From IMG/VR virus record IMGVR_UViG_3300020027_000005, positions 12,483 through 76,482 of that record: a stretch of 64,000 nt of DNA; one strand, 5' to 3'. Below, in pieces: positions 63,262 through 64,000 of this stretch. The notes beneath the pieces were generated by a model. It was not told where the DNA came from. It did no database searches and was given only the letters and a program-made list of their open reading frames with translations. This stretch comes from a virus. How positions within the stretch are numbered: position 1 is the first letter of the stretch; every line of letters starts with the position of its first letter. The position numbers and the translations under genes were made by a program.

Positions 63262-64000
63262 ATGATTCTGCTCATCGCCACAGCTCTGGCCGTCACTCCC
63301 ACCGTCGTCGCCGATACTCCCGTCGAGGTGGGGTTCTTTACCGGCGGGAGTCGTCACGAGCTCAGCGGGATGGCGTTCTCCCCGAACTACGAGCGTATCT
63401 ACGCCATCAACGACTCCGGGGACAGCTTCCGTTTTTTCGTCACTGACCCTACCGGGGTCCCGATTCAAACGGTCGCCGTCAGTGGCAGCAGGCCCAGCGA
63501 CACCGAGGATGCATCGGTGGGCCCGTGTCCCGGCGGTGGCACTTGCTTGTACATCGGGGACATTGGCGACAACGATTCGAAGCGCAGCAGCATCAAGCTG
63601 ACTCTGATCGCCGAAAAGCCGACCTTTACCTCGACTGTGGCACCGTTCCGCAGCCTCACACTCAAGTACAGCGACGGGCGGGCCCACAACTGCGAGAGCA
63701 TGGCGGTCCACCCGGTGACAGGGGACCTATTCCTGCTGACCAAGACGTACGGTGGTGACCCACACATCTACAAGCTCGACGCCTCGACATTGGCTGCGGC
63801 CCGGAGCGGGTCGACTGTCACGATCCAGGACATCGGCACCATCGATTTCCACGCTCTGTTCGCGGACGCCGATGAGACCATCACGGGGATGGCTATCTCC
63901 CCGGATGGAAAGCGATTCGCGGTCATCTCGTACAGTGACGTGTACGAGTTCGTCTTCGACCTCTCGGCCTGGCAGACCGCTTACACCAGCCAGCTGCTAG
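63262..64000 (+). CDS. Secreted beta-propeller-like protein, 3'-truncated and missing from the ORF track
   Basis: AGGA RBS; signal MILLIATALA; ELSGM, INDSGD, DTEDA, LYIGDIGDN, HNCES motifs; frame open to the window end. Confidence 0.8.
   Translation, partial: MILLIATALAVTPTVVADTPVEVGFFTGGSRHELSGMAFSPNYERIYAINDSGDSFRFFVTDPTGVPIQTVAVSGSRPSDTEDASVGPCPGGGTCLYIGDIGDNDSKRSSIKLTLIAEKPTFTSTVAPFRSLTLKYSDGRAHNCESMAVHPVTGDLFLLTKTYGGDPHIYKLDASTLAAARSGSTVTIQDIGTIDFHALFADADETITGMAISPDGKRFAVISYSDVYEFVFDLSAWQTAYTSQLL

Overview
This window is a segment of a large, GC-rich dsDNA tailed phage genome, probably myovirus-like. It has no cellular housekeeping operons. Block 1 (1-24 kb, + strand) holds virion genes: baseplate gp25-like and J-like proteins, tail fibres and Ig-like proteins, with a sigma70-family sigma factor embedded among them. 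Block 2 (24-41 kb, - strand) is a replication/recombination operon: SF2 helicase, family-4 UDG, DnaB-like helicase, vWA protein, primase, Zn-rich SSB-like protein, Pol A, RecA, two resolvase-like nucleases and a Cas4-like exonuclease. Block 3 (41-52.5 kb, +) holds head genes, the portal, a 2056-aa single-chain beta-beta' RNA polymerase and a GH6 cellulase. Block 4 (52.5-62.5 kb, mostly -) holds small accessory or early genes. Block 5 is a tRNA cluster with three structurally aberrant tRNA-like RNAs, followed by a secreted beta-propeller gene cut off by the window end. The main candidate novel system is a self-contained phage transcription system. It comprises the fused, minimised bacterial-type RNAP, a divergent group-3-like sigma factor, a strand-biased G(C/A)ATAAG motif heading the minus-strand units (usually followed by a leader hairpin), and a hairpin plus TTCGCCTTC signature at three points where minus-strand units end. 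All assignments were made by eye from motifs; no searches were run.
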